Positions 33,887 through 47,575 are shown, counted from the first letter of the whole stretch. The stretch: DNA of 58,251 nt, filler included, from Nemertoderma westbladi (GCA_032718475.1; 3 parts of 3 records of this genome joined end to end with filler, not necessarily neighbours in it); one strand, 5' to 3'. Numbers and translations are program-made. Notes: generated from the sequence alone by a model not told the origin.

Positions 33887-35937
33887 GTGACAGTGATACT
33901 GGTGAACTATTATCAGGAACCAGTGACAGTGATACTGGTGAACTATTATCAGGAACCAGTGACAGTGATAAGGTGAACTATTATTAAGAACCAGTGACAG
34001 TGATACTGGTGAACTATTATCAGGAACCAGTGACAGTGATACTGGTGAACTATTATCAGGAACCAGCGACAGTGATACTGGTGAACTATTATCAGGAACC
34101 AGTGACAGTGATACTGGTGAACTATTATCAGGAACCAGTGACAGTGATACTGGTGAACGACTTACTAAGTCGTGCGCACGACATACTAAGTCGTGCGAAC
34201 GACTTAACTAACGCGTGCGAACGACTTAGTAACTCGTGCGAACGACTTACTAAGTCGTGCGAACGACTTAACTATCTCGTGCGAACGACTTAACTCCGTG
34301 CGAACGACTTACTACTTTACTTTGATTGGCTAAATAATACTGGTAATAAAAGTACAACCTTTTTAGCGGGATTTTCAATTCAATCTACAGCATTTGTTGA
34401 TGGCATTATTGGTTGAAAATATTATTATCAATGGCTGAACGCGCTCTGTTAATATCGACGTACTTTAACTTAGGCCGACAATACAACCGACATATTGTAG
34501 CAAATTATAATATCTTTAACATATTAATTTTATTGTAACTAAGTCAGTAAATAGCTGTATTATCTACGGTCAGCGCTGTTAGATAAGCTGATTATAGTGT
34601 CAGGTGTTGTTGCTGTGTTGCTAAGCAACATTCCCATCTCACTATTGTATCGAACAGCTGTTGTCGAAATATCAGGTTTTGGGGGGGAGGTGAGATAGGT
34701 CCTACTATTTAGAGTATTGTACAATATTGTGACTAGTTAATGACTAGTGTGACTAGTGTACAATATTGCGTTAGTTAAGTCGTTCGCACGACTAGTGAAC
34801 TATTATCAGGAACCAGTGACAGTGATACTGGTGAACTATTATCAGGAACCAGTGACAGTGATACTGGTGAACTATTATTAGGAACCAGTAACAGTGATAC
34901 TGGTGAACTATTATCAGGAACCAGTGACAGTGATACTGGTGAACTATTATCAGGAACCAGTGACAGTGATACTGGTGAACTATTATCAGGAACCAGTGAC
35001 AGTGATAAGGTGAACTATTATCAGGAACCAGTGACAGTGATACTGGTGAACTATTATCAGGAACCAGTGACAGTGATACTGGTGAACTATTATCAGGAAC
35101 CAGTGACAGTGATACTGGTGAACTATTATCAGGAACCAGTGACAGTGATAAGGTGAACTATTATCAGGAACCAGTGACAGTGATACTGGTGAACTATTAT
35201 CAGGAACCAGTGACAGTGATACTGGTGAACTATTATTAGGAACCAGTAACAGTGATACTGGTGAACTATTATCAGGAACCAGTGACAGTGATACTGGTGA
35301 ACTATTATCAGGAACCAGTGACAGTGATACTGGTGAACTATTATCAGGAACCAGTGACAGTGATAAGGTGAACTATTATTAAGAACCAGTGACAGTGATA
35401 CTGGTGAACTATTATCAGGAACCAGTGACAGTGATACTGGTGAACTGTTATCAGGAACCAGTGACAGTGATACTGGTGAACTATTATCAGGAACCAGTGA
35501 CAGTGATACTGGTGAACTATTATCAGGAACCAGTGACAGTGATACTGGTGAACTATTGTCAGGAACCAGTGACAGTCATACTGGTGAACTATTATCAGGA
35601 ACCAGTGACAGTGATAAGGTGAACTATATCAGGAACCAGTGACAGTCATACTAGTGAACTATTACTGTATCAGGAACCAGTGACAGTGATACTGGTGAAC
35701 TATTATCACAGAACCAGTGACAGTGATACTGGTGAACTATTATCAGGAACCAGTGACAGTGATACTGGTGAACTATTATCACAGAACCAGTGACAGTGAT
35801 ACTGGTGAACTATTATCAGGAACCAGTGACAGTCATACTGGTGAACTATTATCAGGAACCAGTGACAGTGATAAGGTGAACTATATCAGGAACCAGTGAC
35901 AGTCATACTAGTGAACTATTACTGTATCAGGAACCAG
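33887..35937. repeat. 36-bp minisatellite (GTGACAGTGATACTGGTGAACTATTATCAGGAACCA), interrupted at ~34159-34794 and running into the gap
   Basis: Read directly; 12-aa periodicity in the ORFs. Confidence 0.95.
34159..34794. mobile_element. Foldback/MITE-like insertion with ~21-bp subterminal repeats
   Basis: About seven CGTGCGAACGACTTA.. units on the left; inverted TTAGTTAAGTCGTTCGCACG at the right end. Confidence 0.6.
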
Positions 35938-36037
35938 NNNNNNNNNNNNNNNNNNNNNNNNNNNNNNNNNNNNNNNNNNNNTTAATTAATTAANNNNNNN
36001 NNNNNNNNNNNNNNNNNNNNNNNNNNNNNNNNNNNNN
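35938..36037. other. Artificial contig linker N44-TTAATTAATTAA-N44
   Basis: Same structure as 19566-19665. Confidence 0.95.
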
Positions 36038-36038
36038 C

Positions 36039-39000
36039 TTAGGTAAAGGTAGGTAAAGCGCTAGGTAAAACTTCAGAGATACGAGCAACTTTCCAGTTGA
36101 ATCGCTTTGAGTTAGAGTCAGTGAGCATCACTAAATCACCAACGGCGAAATTTCTGTGAGGGCGGAGCCATTTCTGTCGAGTCATCAAGTTCTCGAGATA
36201 TGTTCGTTGCCAGATAGTCCAATATTGGTTGGCCAAGAACTGTGCTTTCCTCCACATGGTCTTATAATTGAGCTCATTGCCGTCATACAGCTCATGCAGA
36301 AGTCTGTTAGAGTTTGGTAAAACGGTACTACGTCGGAGTAATAAATGATTCGGCGTCAGTATTTCATTTGACGTCACATCGTCATTTAGAGGGCAAAGAG
36401 GTCTATCGTTAATTAGATACTGGACTTCGGCCCCATGGCTGGCGATGTCTGCTGGATTCTTCGTACCAGGAATATGACGCCATTGAGAGGGAGCTGTGTA
36501 GCGTCGAATTTCTTCAATTCGGTTGGCTTCGTATGTTTCGAATCTCCGAGACTCATTAGCGATCTGACACAAAACGCTTGTACTGTCACTCCAACATATT
36601 ACATTGTTTGAATGAATCTGCAGGGTGATGCTCGCAGCGAACTGTCTATGACTACGTACGAGTAAAACGGCTGACTGCAATTCAAGTCTTGGAATGGAAA
36701 CCTTCTTTAGAGGTGCAGTACGTGTCTTTGCATACACCATGGAACAAGTTATGTGGCCTGAGGGTGACACTTTACGTATGTATGATAAACAACCATATCC
36801 AGTTAAACTGGCATCGCAAAAGTGATGTAATTGTAACACATCAGTATCAGTCGAAATGGTATTGGCAAAATAATGGCGTGGTATCTGAAGATTTTCAAGC
36901 TGATGTAGTTGATTGTACCACTGTAACCATTCCGATGCTAACGATTGTTCTAGAACATCGTCCCAGTTCAATTTTAGTCCCCATAGTTTCTGAAGGAACT
37001 GTTTTCCCTGAAGAATAATGGGAGCCACGAGTCCTAATGGATCATATATAGACGCTACGCAAACAAGACAGCCACGTTTGGTCAAGGCATGGGATTTTCG
37101 TGATGGTTTAAATAGGAAGCAGTCTCGCTCAGGGCACCATACTATACCGAGAGCTCGCGAAACGGGAAGTTCATCGAAGTTCAAGTCGAGCTCAGCCTCA
37201 ACACGTTTGGACTGTGGAATGTATTTAAGAAATTCCTTCGATGATGACATGAATTTTGTTAAAGTGAATCCTCCAAGTCGCAAACACTCGATTAATCCTA
37301 GAGCCAATCGGACGGCCTTTGTAACACTCTCAGCACCCGACATTCCGTCGTCAACATAAAACTGTTTGTTGATCGCTTCGATAACATTGGGTGGAAATTT
37401 GTCCTTGTGATCCTCAGCTGATTGTCGGAGAGCGTATGTTGCCGCACACGGAGAATCTTTTTTACCAAACATATGAACTAACATCTGATAAATAATATAA
37501 TCTGCTGGATTATTAGGTTCAACATCACCCTCCCACCAGATAATATTCTGTGACTCAGAATCGCAGTCGTAAGTGCGCACTTGGTGAAACATCTGTTCAA
37601 TGTCACAAGCAAAAACTACCCTGTGCTGCCGAAATTGAAACAATACCTCTATAATGGAGTTGTAAAAATTGGGTCCCTCCATTAATTCTGAATTGAGACT
37701 CATTCCTTTATATTGTGCCGCCGCGTTATTTACCACCCTCAACTTACCAGGTTTGTTGGCGTTCCAGACGGGATGTGTTGGCACATAGTACTTACGCGGA
37801 CCATCAGGTAACAATTTTTCAGCTTCTGTAAGTCGTTGGGCATACCCTTTCGCTTCATATTCATCAAATGTGGCTTGATATTTTTTATGATCAGCCGGGA
37901 TTTTAAGTAATTTACGCTTGATCCATCTCAGCCTAGTCAAAGCTAATTGTTTATTATTTATTAGGGGTTTATCTTTGTTTAACCACAACATTCCTACGTA
38001 GTAATGACCGTCTATGAACTTTGTTGTCTCTCTTAGAATTTTCTCAGATTGTATGTCTTGTACAGATTTGTTTTGCAGTCGTGTAGGACAATAATATGCT
38101 TCAGAATCCCAAAATTTCATCAGTAAGTCATGGGTAACTTCATCTGATGGGCTATTATCATTCCACAAAGGACAACATTCTAGATGATTTACTGATACTT
38201 GAGCTTTAGAATATTTTAAGTCATCGGGATTTTCGTCAGTAACGTCATCAGTTATGTCATCATATACATCATTCAAACGCCATCTGCAAGGTTGTTGTAC
38301 ACATTCCATCTGCTCAACAAAGTCATAATTTTCACTTCTTTCAGCCTTACACGTATGGACCTCCAAATCTGCATGACTGGCGTCATGGTTACTGCTGACA
38401 TCACTTGCTACTTGTACTGACGGCAAACGCCGTCCATCACATAATGGGCCTACCAAAGTCCAACCAAATGGCGTTTTAATTGCGTGGGGGTTATTAATCT
38501 CATCATGGGAAGTGGGTCCCCATACGGATTTTAGAACTTTGTGAGCCTGGGGGTTATTCATTCCAATTATCATTGAAATACTATCAATATCTACAGTAGG
38601 ATAAGTAATGTTTACATTCTTAAGGTAAGTCAGCTGGTCTAATGACCACCTACTAGGTCTAACGTAATTTACGTGAAGATTAGGTATTAACATTACGTCT
38701 CTTAGGGATAATGTGAAGTGACAGTCCTTTTGAATAGATCTAACAACACAAGCACCCTGTTCCACTGTCTTGCCTTCACGTGTTAGTATGGTGTTAAGTG
38801 ATACATCTACAGGTTCTGTATCCATGTCTAGTAGCTCACCTACAGTCTTGTCTATTAGCGTCCCTGTGGAACCATCATCTAACAAAGCAAACGTAGTTAT
38901 TAGGCGTCCCGTTTCAGTATTCTCAACTGAGAGTGGTACTACACCAAGGAATACAGCCTTTATGTCTAACCCCTTTGGATTCAAATCATGATTTAATGCC

Positions 39001-39042
39001 ATTGTAGCTACGCTTTTGTATGCCCTATGATCTGTGGGGCGA
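36039..39042 (-). pseudogene. BEL/Pao element 2 pol (protease, RT, RNase H; integrase core deleted in frame)
   Basis: ALLDDGSTGT, TPFGWTLVGP, CDIEQMFHQV, FYVDDG, ASIYDPLG, LHHFCDAS, IPRLELQSA; NPADIASHG is followed within a few residues by INDRPL. Confidence 0.93.
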
Positions 39043-40315
39043 GCCACGAAGTTGGCGGAGCCTTAGCGAATTGACACTGTTAGGGGGTGGGTCAATTTAT
39101 GCAAATAGTTGTCGTCGTCGTCGTCGTTGTCGTCGTCATCGTTGTCGTCGTCGTTGTCGTTACGATTTTGACATGCTAATAACTTTGTCGGATTTAAAGC
39201 TGCCAAGTTGAAAATTTGTAGGTATCAATATGAGCAAAAGTTGAGATTTTTGAGAGACTTTCAGACACCATCAGTGCAATCGTCTCCCGCTAGAGGGCCA
39301 CATGTCTAAACATTAAATGCCCTCCCATTTCTTTGCTTTTAATCCGTTTAAGCTGAAACTTGGCAGATATGTATTAGACCATTAGCTGTGACTTTCAAAG
39401 GAGGCGAATCCATCTGCAGTTCTCCAGTCTGCCGCTAGAGGGCCAAAGGTCTGAAAGTGAAATCGTTGTCGTCGTTACGATTTTGACATGCTAATAACTT
39501 TGTCGGATTTAAAGCTGCCAAGTTGAAAATTTGTAGGTATCAATATGAGCAAAAGTTGAGATTTTTGAGAGACTTTCAGACACCATCAGTGCAATGGTCT
39601 CCCGCTAGAGGGCCACATGTCTAAACATTAAATGGCCACCCATTTCTTTGCTTTTAATCCGTTTAAGCTGAAACTTGGGAAGTATGTACTAGACCATTAG
39701 CTGTAAATTTCAAAGGAGGCTAATCTGTCTGCAGTTCTCCAGTCTGCCGCTAGAGGGCGAAATGTCCCGAATGTGAAATTATTCTTCCATTTAGTTATTT
39801 ATGATCTGATCCACCTGAAACTTGTCATATATGTACTAGAAGACATCCTAAGTCTTTGTGTGGACAGTAATCGGTCCGGAGTTTTCGAGTCTGCCGCTAG
39901 AGGGCGAAATGTAGGAAAGTGATAACCTTCGCGAATTCCTTGATCTTAATCTATTTAAGCTGAATTTTGGAATATACAGTACCGGTATGTACTAGACCAC
40001 ATGCCTCGTCTTTGTGAGGAAGGTGATCGATCCATAGTTCTTTAATATGCCGCTAGAGGGCTAAATGTATGAAAGTGAAAACCTTCCAACATTTCGTTAT
40101 TTATGATCCGTCAATCGGAAACTTGGTAGATATGTAATAGACCATAGGCTGTGGCTTTGTAGGGAAACTAATCCTTCCTTCTTCAGTTACCCAGTCTCCC
40201 GCTAGAGGGTTAACGTTTTCCGGGAAAATCTTCTCCTATGTTTTTATAATCCTTTCGAGTTGATACTTAGCATTAACTCATTTCACGTGCTGCGCGAAGG
40301 CCCCACTTCGTGTAT
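39043..40315 (+). mobile_element. Helentron/DINE-like non-autonomous element inserted between gag and pol of element 2
   Basis: Subterminal IR CACGAAGT..GG..GCCTT (39045-39064) / AAGGCCCCACTTCGTG (40297-40312); (GTC)n microsatellite near the 5' end; seven ~150-bp units; 315-bp internal duplication. Confidence 0.7.
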
Positions 40316-43300
40316 TAGAGAACTGACTAAACTTCATAGATGTAGTGTTAGCCGCACTATCACGTTGTATAGCATAATAGTTTCTGAAAAGGTTGTCTGT
40401 CTCTTCCTCTGTCTTACATGGTTCAGGATGCAAAACCCTAGCGTGTCGTTTTCCACATCCACTTGCTGTGCAACGATATTTAGATCTGCACTTTTTCCGC
40501 CAATGCCCTTTCCGGAGACATAACGTACATAACTTATGTTCAGCCACGAAATCATAACACGCGCGGCTACCAATATCCTGTAGTTGAGTGCACTGAGCAG
40601 TAAAGTGAATTTTTTGGCAAAATAGACATGGCGACATTTCTGCCGCTGTTGTATTTACATTAATGTCTGTGTCGTCGACTAAGTAACCATAGTCACCTAC
40701 AAGTGGGTTGTCTTGGGTAAATGGTTCGTCGTTATTTGTCTCCATTCCAGTCCATTCGTCGGTCACATGGAAACTTGACATTGTACTGGTCACCTTAGCT
40801 TCCGTGGGCATTCTAGAAGGTTTTTGTATGTCTAATACTTCCCGGCCAGGTGAAAAACCTTTAAATTTATTTCCCATTTTGCGCCTTAAAATGTCACCCG
40901 CTGCCTGAGGACCATATAACGGACATGTAGCTACATTTGCTTCCTCGTCTAGGAAAACCATAAACTCATCCATTCCGGGGTCACGCCCACACCTAATCCT
41001 AAATTTATTTACCTGCCTAGCCCAACGTATTCGTAATGGATTTGCTAAATTTGCCGCTATATTCTGAATAAATTCAGGATTATTTAAATAGTAATGACAT
41101 TGTAGGGTCTGTAAAATATCCATTGTGCGTCTTACATCGTGAGAGTACTTAAGTAGTTCTTTAGGGGAAGCTACGGGATATCTACATCGAGTGACGTCGG
41201 CAACAACTGCTTTCATTACCAATGCTGGTTGTCCATATCGTCTTTCTAATGTGTTCCATGCCATAGCATACCCGTCAGTCATGCCTTCAAAGTGTTCGAT
41301 TAAATCTAAAGGTTCTCCTCTAACATATGTTATTAAATATCGAAGTTTTACCTCATCTGAAACCTGCTTAGCATCAACCTGCGTACGAAACCTGTTTTTA
41401 AATCCTAAACATTTCTTTGGGTCTCCGGTAAAAGGTGTTGGATCTAATTTTGGGGCCTCTAATGAAAGAGCTAATTTTTCGAACAAGGCATGCTGTTGGT
41501 TTGCTGTAGTATGGTTACATTTTTGTAGCGGTCGTCGACATTTGGTAGACTTCGATGAACTATTTTTTACGTTGCTATGACTACACTTTAAGTCCTCACT
41601 ACTATTGTCAGAATAATTATCATCGTCATCTGTATGTCTATCATGGTCTGGGTCAGGGTCACCATAAGGTATGGAATGTCTGTACGGGGCTAAATCAACA
41701 TCTGGGCCAGAGTTTCCTATGCATTCCGGGTTGTCTGTGACTATACCTCCATATGCATCCTGCGGTACACATGTATTCTCAGTAGTATGTCGCCTGGAGT
41801 TAGATTTTCTGGACTTAGCCCGATTAGGCTGATCTACTGATTGTGGGTGCTTACTTATTGAGCCGACAGTACGCGATTGTGCATAAAATGCTTCGCCTCG
41901 CGGTCCTGGTGGCACTTTAAATTGTTCAGGGGGTCGTGATGGAGTAGTAGGTTGCATTTCAAACTGTGTGTATGGTCTGTCGTGAAGTCTATACGCACTG
42001 GCCACACAAGGCCTATTGTATGTCGCTCCGCTGTCTTTAGGGATTGATACATTATGTTTCTTATTAACAGGTAACTGTTGGGTACTGCACTGTGGTGACG
42101 TCATTGAATCATCAATTCGTGACGTCATTGTGCTTCCGGGTTTAGGATGGCTGTGAGGTGGATGAGAAACACTAGTAAATTGTTTATGTTCGAGCGGCTG
42201 CTGGGTTGCCATCATGGGTGTCATCATATGCTGAGCTAATTTGTTAATAGATTGCGTCACATGTGATACAACCTCATCAAGTTGCTGATGAGTCACAAGG
42301 CGGTTCTCTGGAATAGTAGACAAATTACACTTTTGTGAGTCTGTTCTGTATATCCCTTTTCCTTTACGGAAAATTGTTGTCTTTTGTGGGTCCGCAATAC
42401 GTGGTGGAAGTTGTCTAACACCTTCATCTGCCGAATTCTCTGACAGCTCATCATCATTATCTTCCTCTGTATCAGTTCTAATCATATGAGGCACTGAGTT
42501 AAAGGTTAACTTATTACGTATTAGTGATGATTCTGTACGTGTGGTGTGAGGTGTTGTAATTGTTGTCATTGTCGAAGTCGGGGGTACTACAACTTCTACA
42601 GGGTCTGCTACTTGTACAGGGTCTGCTACTTGTACAGGGTCTGCTACATCTGTAATTTCTGTGATAGCTGTAACAGGTCCATTGGCGAATGGTCTGGGGG
42701 CATCACTCCAGAATATGGATTCAGTAGGAGTGGATTGCATAGAAGGTAAAGCCAGGGACGCTATATCCACAACAGTGTCAGTCTCGATGGCTTGCTCTAC
42801 TTGCTGCCTATATTCTTCTAACTGGCGCTGGTGTCGAGCATGTTGGAGATCCTTTTGGTCTTCAAAATGTCTTATACGCTGGAAAATATCGTTTTTCTTT
42901 TGCATTTCTTTAATCCTATCACGTTCAGCTTGCTCTACCTGTAATGACTTACGATGAGCTTCATCCAACTGCCTCTTAGCTGCCTGTGAGGCTTATTCCA
43001 TCTGTCGCTTTGCTGCTTCCTCTTGAAGTTTCGCAGCTTCCTTAGCCTCGTCTACCTGCCTCTTAGCTGCTTCCATTTGTAGGTTTGTAGCTTCCTTAGC
43101 CTCTTCAACCTGCCTCTTGGCTGCTTCCATTCGAGCACTAGCTTGCGCAGTTGCAAGTCTATTCTCGACCAGAACCCGTTCCCATTCAATCTGTTGAGCC
43201 ATCATCATGTCCTCCTCGTCATGTCGCTTAGATAGAACAGAGAGGTTAGCCTCGGCTATGCGTCTCATTCGAGATGACACTGTGGTTCCAGCGTCAGATG

Positions 43301-43785
43301 CCCCCGACCCTGCTATAGAACACCTACCTACACTATTGGCCCTGATTGGTAAATTTAGTGTAGGTCTGTCTACGTCTGGGCTGGTTACAATTGGCGTAAG
43401 TGTGCGATTCACGTGCTGACTAGAATCTGTTGCAAACGGAATAGGGTAACTATCCCAGGCTAAAGAAGCAATGGGTGTACTTACGGCTGAGGTTGTTTGG
43501 GTACTTACTCGGGATGTAATTGGTTCCAACTTAGTGCTTACCCATTCTGAAAATATAGTATATCTATCCTTACACTGTACATACCTTTTCTGAGCTCGTT
43601 GATATTCATCGACAGAGCCACCCTGGACGGTCACGGCCCTAAACAGATTAGGTTCTCTGTTCGCAGAACACCGAACACTATTCCGGCCACGGAACTAGTC
43701 CAGCAGAATGCCTTTATAGAATCCTGGGATTTGGGGGACGAGAGGATCTCAGCAACTAAGCGAAAACGAACAATAGGATGTTCCT
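40316..43785 (-). pseudogene. BEL/Pao element 2 gag
   Basis: ORFs 42993-43634 and 40278-42968 share a frame, split by one stop within the EAAKRQ repeats. PFTGDP, KLRYL, AW.TLERRYG; Cys/His motifs CLFCQKIHFTAQC, CTLCLRKGHWRKKC, CTASGCGKRHARVLH. Confidence 0.9.
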
Positions 43786-45650
43786 AGACCCCCCCCCCCC
43801 CCCCCCAAAAAAAATTTATCCAGAAGACTTTTCGCCATACATAATGTGTTAAAAAAGTCTACGGTTCTCCGGCTAGGGCCAATTTGAGTCAAAAAGTCCG
43901 CTTCCCTAGCAACCATGTTGCTATGGAGATAAGTCCAGAACCGCTAATGCTACGGACTTGGGACCGGCGCCAATCGATAGGCAGCATATGGGTTTACATT
44001 CAAATGAAAAAGTTGAGAGTGATCCGATCATGATCTTGACCATGATCAGCAAAGATCAGTTTTGATCAGCAATCGGACACTCAAGGCTTGCTCCAATCGA
44101 AAAACTTAACATTACAAAAAGATTCAGCGACCCCACATTAGTCATGATTCCCGTTAAAAGATTAAAAAAAAAGGGAATTCTTCCCGGTCAAAACGCAAGA
44201 TCATGATCGCGCAAAGATCGGACGTTGTAAAATCGTAACTAAGCATTTTGGATATAAACAATTACTGTAGGAAACGTTCAGAACACCGCCCTGAATCGAT
44301 TAAAAAAAAAATTGGCCCGATCGGACAACCGGTTCTCGAGATCTGATACCTGATCATTAAAGATGATATTTTTCGGTTTTTTCAAATTTTCTCGAAAACT
44401 TTGTTTGAGACCCCCGATTTTTTTTTTACGAATCGACTTCTATGATGAAGGGGCAACTTTTGAGCATTTCGAAATTTTCAAAAAGCGATTTGATCAGGCC
44501 GCGATCAGAAAAGATCGTGTTTTCGGTTTTATTTTGAAGACCAAGTCCTGGGAGTTCACCGTATGGAAAAACTTAACATCGCAAAAAGATTCCTCGCCCT
44601 CGAATTATGGGGGGTAGCCAAAATTTGGGCATAAAAAAGTTCAAGTCTAGTGGGTCAAAACCCAAGATCATGATCGCGAAAAGATCAGTATATTTAAAAT
44701 CGAATCTAAGCATTTTTCTAATAAACATTCATTGTAAGAAATGTGCAATGGTCTATTCTGAGTAGATTAAAAAAAAAATTGGCTCGATCGGGTAACCAGT
44801 TCTCGAGATCAGCTTCCTGATCAAAAAAGATCGTGTTTTTCAGTTTTTCCCGATTTTCTCTAAAACTTTGTTTGAGACCCCCGATTTTTTTTTACTAATC
44901 GACTTCTATTAAGAAGGGGCAACTTTTGAGCATTTCAAAATTTTCAAAAAGCGATTTGATCAGGCCATGATCAGGAAAGATCATGTTTTCGGTTTTATTT
45001 CGAAGACCAAGTCCTGTGAGTTCACCGTATGAAAAAACTTAACATTACAAAAAGATTCCTCACCCTCGAATTAGGGGGGGTAGCCAAAATTTGACCATAA
45101 AAAAGTTCAATTCTAGGGGGTCAAAAGATCATGATCGCGAAATGATCAGTTTTTTCGAAATTACTTCTGAGCATTTTGGGGCAAAACTTTCAAACTAAAA
45201 AACATTCACTGGAGTGTTCTAAGTAGATTAAAAAAAATTTCGACTCAATAGGCCTACCGGTACCGGAGATATGGTCGTCCAAAGTCTGCTTCGGGTAATT
45301 CGAAAATATTTCGAAAACCCTTGATCGAATTTTTTCCTTGAAAATATGTGAATGTACAGTTAGTGGACCCGCATCTAACGATATATCACAATCCATATTT
45401 CGGATGATAGGTACCGGTGAAATCAGACTTTACCAAAAAAATTCAAAATTTACCTACTCATGTCTGACAATCTCGAAAACTATAATAGGTATGGAAATAC
45501 TTTCACTGCAAGAAATGTTCGCCTATCCAATGCGCTTCTAACTCTGTGCTCGGATTTTGCATAGTGTCAAAACCTACAACTTAACCCCCCCAGCGGAGGG
45601 AACGGAGTGACCGGAGCGCCAGTACTATCTTTCATTATTATGAAGTAATA
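43786..45650. mobile_element. GATC-rich repeat element with ~466-bp internal tandem units (DINE/Helentron-like)
   Basis: AAAAACTTAACAT..CAAAAAGATTC recurs near 44100, 44567 and 45033; starts with poly-C like the 21481 element. Boundaries approximate. Confidence 0.6.
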
Positions 45651-46434
45651 AGGGCGGTGGGTGGGGTAGGTGGTGAACACTATTTATAGGGTGGAGGGAG
45701 GGTCTAGTATATTACTTTAGGATATTTGATTTCTTTGCAATATAGTTTAGCTGCCTCAGTCTTATTTGTAATATGTTATACATTATACCAAATTATATCA
45801 AGTTTTAACATACTACATTGTCTACCTGTAGGAGAAATATACAATGTAGGGCTCATAATATATTTATAAATAGATTTAGTATATTTACATTGTATAACAG
45901 AGTTAATTGATACTATTACGGTATTATACTAAAGACGCCGCTTTGATATATCTGATCAAATGGCAATTTCTTGTATATTATCTATTTCACTATCTTGGGT
46001 ATATCATTCAATTTCTAAAACTATAATAATAAACATTTACTTCACTTCTTGTTTACTCGCATGGATATATTGATATAAAACACTTCAGTATAATATCTTA
46101 TAGGGCCAAACGCAGATTAATCGGAATAATATGTTTAATTATTGTTACAATTGGCACATTGAAGTAAGTAGTACATGAGTTTGATAAAATAATTATGAAT
46201 CTGTATCTTATTCTACTTTGTCTATATGATTACGTTATATAATAATGTTACTTTATCACTTTGGTTTAAACCGATCTCCTTTACTATTACTTACTACTTA
46301 TACCACTACTACTACTACTATTATTACTACTGCTACTGACTACTACAGAGTTATATATTATAAGAGGATGGGGTTCGTGATTATTAGTTATTATACAAGT
46401 GCCCCTCGGCTATAGAGAGTCCACCCTCGGTTGC

Positions 46435-46944
46435 TTACTGGGTCTCAAAATACTGAGACTGATGGCGGTATTGATCTACAATCTGAATCCACCTGCTGGC
46501 AAGCCTATCGACTTTTCGCCTCATATCTACAGTACACTGACCTTGTTGAGTTGTCATAGTGACCGATTCCAGCTCCGATATACCAGCCTCCATATTGTGG
46601 TATAGTTGGCCCAGTCCACGATTGATAGTCTGGATGTCGCCCTTCCTTGCTGGGACGTCGTCAGATTGGCGTTGGCGGTATGATTTCCTTCGTGCGCCGC
46701 TGGCATTCGCACCAGGGTCGGCATTCTCGCGGCGTAGTGAGCGCTGTGAGGAGTGTCTCTGACTCAAAGCGACCCTTGAGCCAGACTTCTCGCTTCTGTG
46801 AGAAAGTTGGTTGTTGTCTAAGGTTATGGTGGTTAACAGTGATGGTTCAATATCAGCTGTAGTCACTATCGTCGTAGTGGTGTCGACGTTGGTTGTCTCC
46901 TCTCTAGCAACCACTGAACCAGGGGGGCTATGAATAGTGGACAT
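46435..46944 (-). CDS. Unknown 169-aa ORF, or first exon of an unknown gene or a gag-like N-terminus
   Basis: GC-richer island in AT-rich DNA; ATG after CAAATA; stop overlaps a donor-like CA|GTAAGC. No recognisable domain. Confidence 0.35.
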   Translation of the reverse strand: MSTIHSPPGSVVAREETTNVDTTTTIVTTADIEPSLLTTITLDNNQLSHRSEKSGSRVALSQRHSSQRSLRRENADPGANASGARRKSYRQRQSDDVPARKGDIQTINRGLGQLYHNMEAGISELESVTMTTQQGQCTVDMRRKVDRLASRWIQIVDQYRHQSQYFETQ

Positions 46945-47415
46945 TATTTGTTAGCGATTATAAATATTTCGTAGGTCTGCCAAAATTAATTAATTTAATT
47001 AAATTTTTCAGATTTTTACACGGATTTTTTTAAAGTATTTATTTGTATAAACTTAAGTTACCCTCTTGACTGGCAATCTGAAAAAATAACTTTATATTTA
47101 ATTAAATGTAATAAATTTGTCAGTGATACGCCACAAATGCATATCACCTATGTTATCAATAGGGGGATTAGAGACAATATTTAGATAATAAATTGTCTGG
47201 CTAGCTAAACCTGAATGTTGCCTAGACTTAGCTATACAATGTGTGTAATATTACATAGAAATGGAAATATAGCATTAGCTTTAAAACTAATCTATTGTTG
47301 TCGGTGGTGCCTCCTACAATAGAAAAGGAGTCAGAATATAAATTATATACCTAACTTTCAAAAAGAAAATTAAGATCATTAAAAGTTGCAAATTATACTT
47401 TACGGGATTCAGACC

Positions 47416-47575
47416 TGGGGTGATATGCACCAATTTAGAATAGAATGAGTCTAATTAGTTCACTAATTAGTGTAGACTCAGTCTAGAGTTAGATCAGTCT
47501 AATTTATATATGCACCAACATTTTCCAGTCTATTCTATTCCTAGTCCAGTCTAATTAGATTAGACTGGAAGAACC
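47416..47575 (+). mobile_element. Probable left end of the Harbinger element, with subterminal AGTCTA repeats
   Basis: TGGGGTGATATGCACCAA followed by repeated AGTCTA/TAGACT motifs and a second TATGCACCAA. No matching right end found. Confidence 0.4.

Noticed and set aside
33887-35937. 36-bp repeat resembling a CRISPR repeat in length
   Set aside because: Head-to-tail with no unique spacers, no cas genes, eukaryotic context.
40278-40315. Apparent natural stop of the element 2 gag ORF
   Set aside because: The last codons come from the inserted Helentron-like element; BEL gag-pol is normally a single ORF.
47138-47148. TGCATATCACC, reverse complement of the putative Harbinger left end
   Set aside because: Lies upstream of the left end, so it cannot close the element; only 11 bp.
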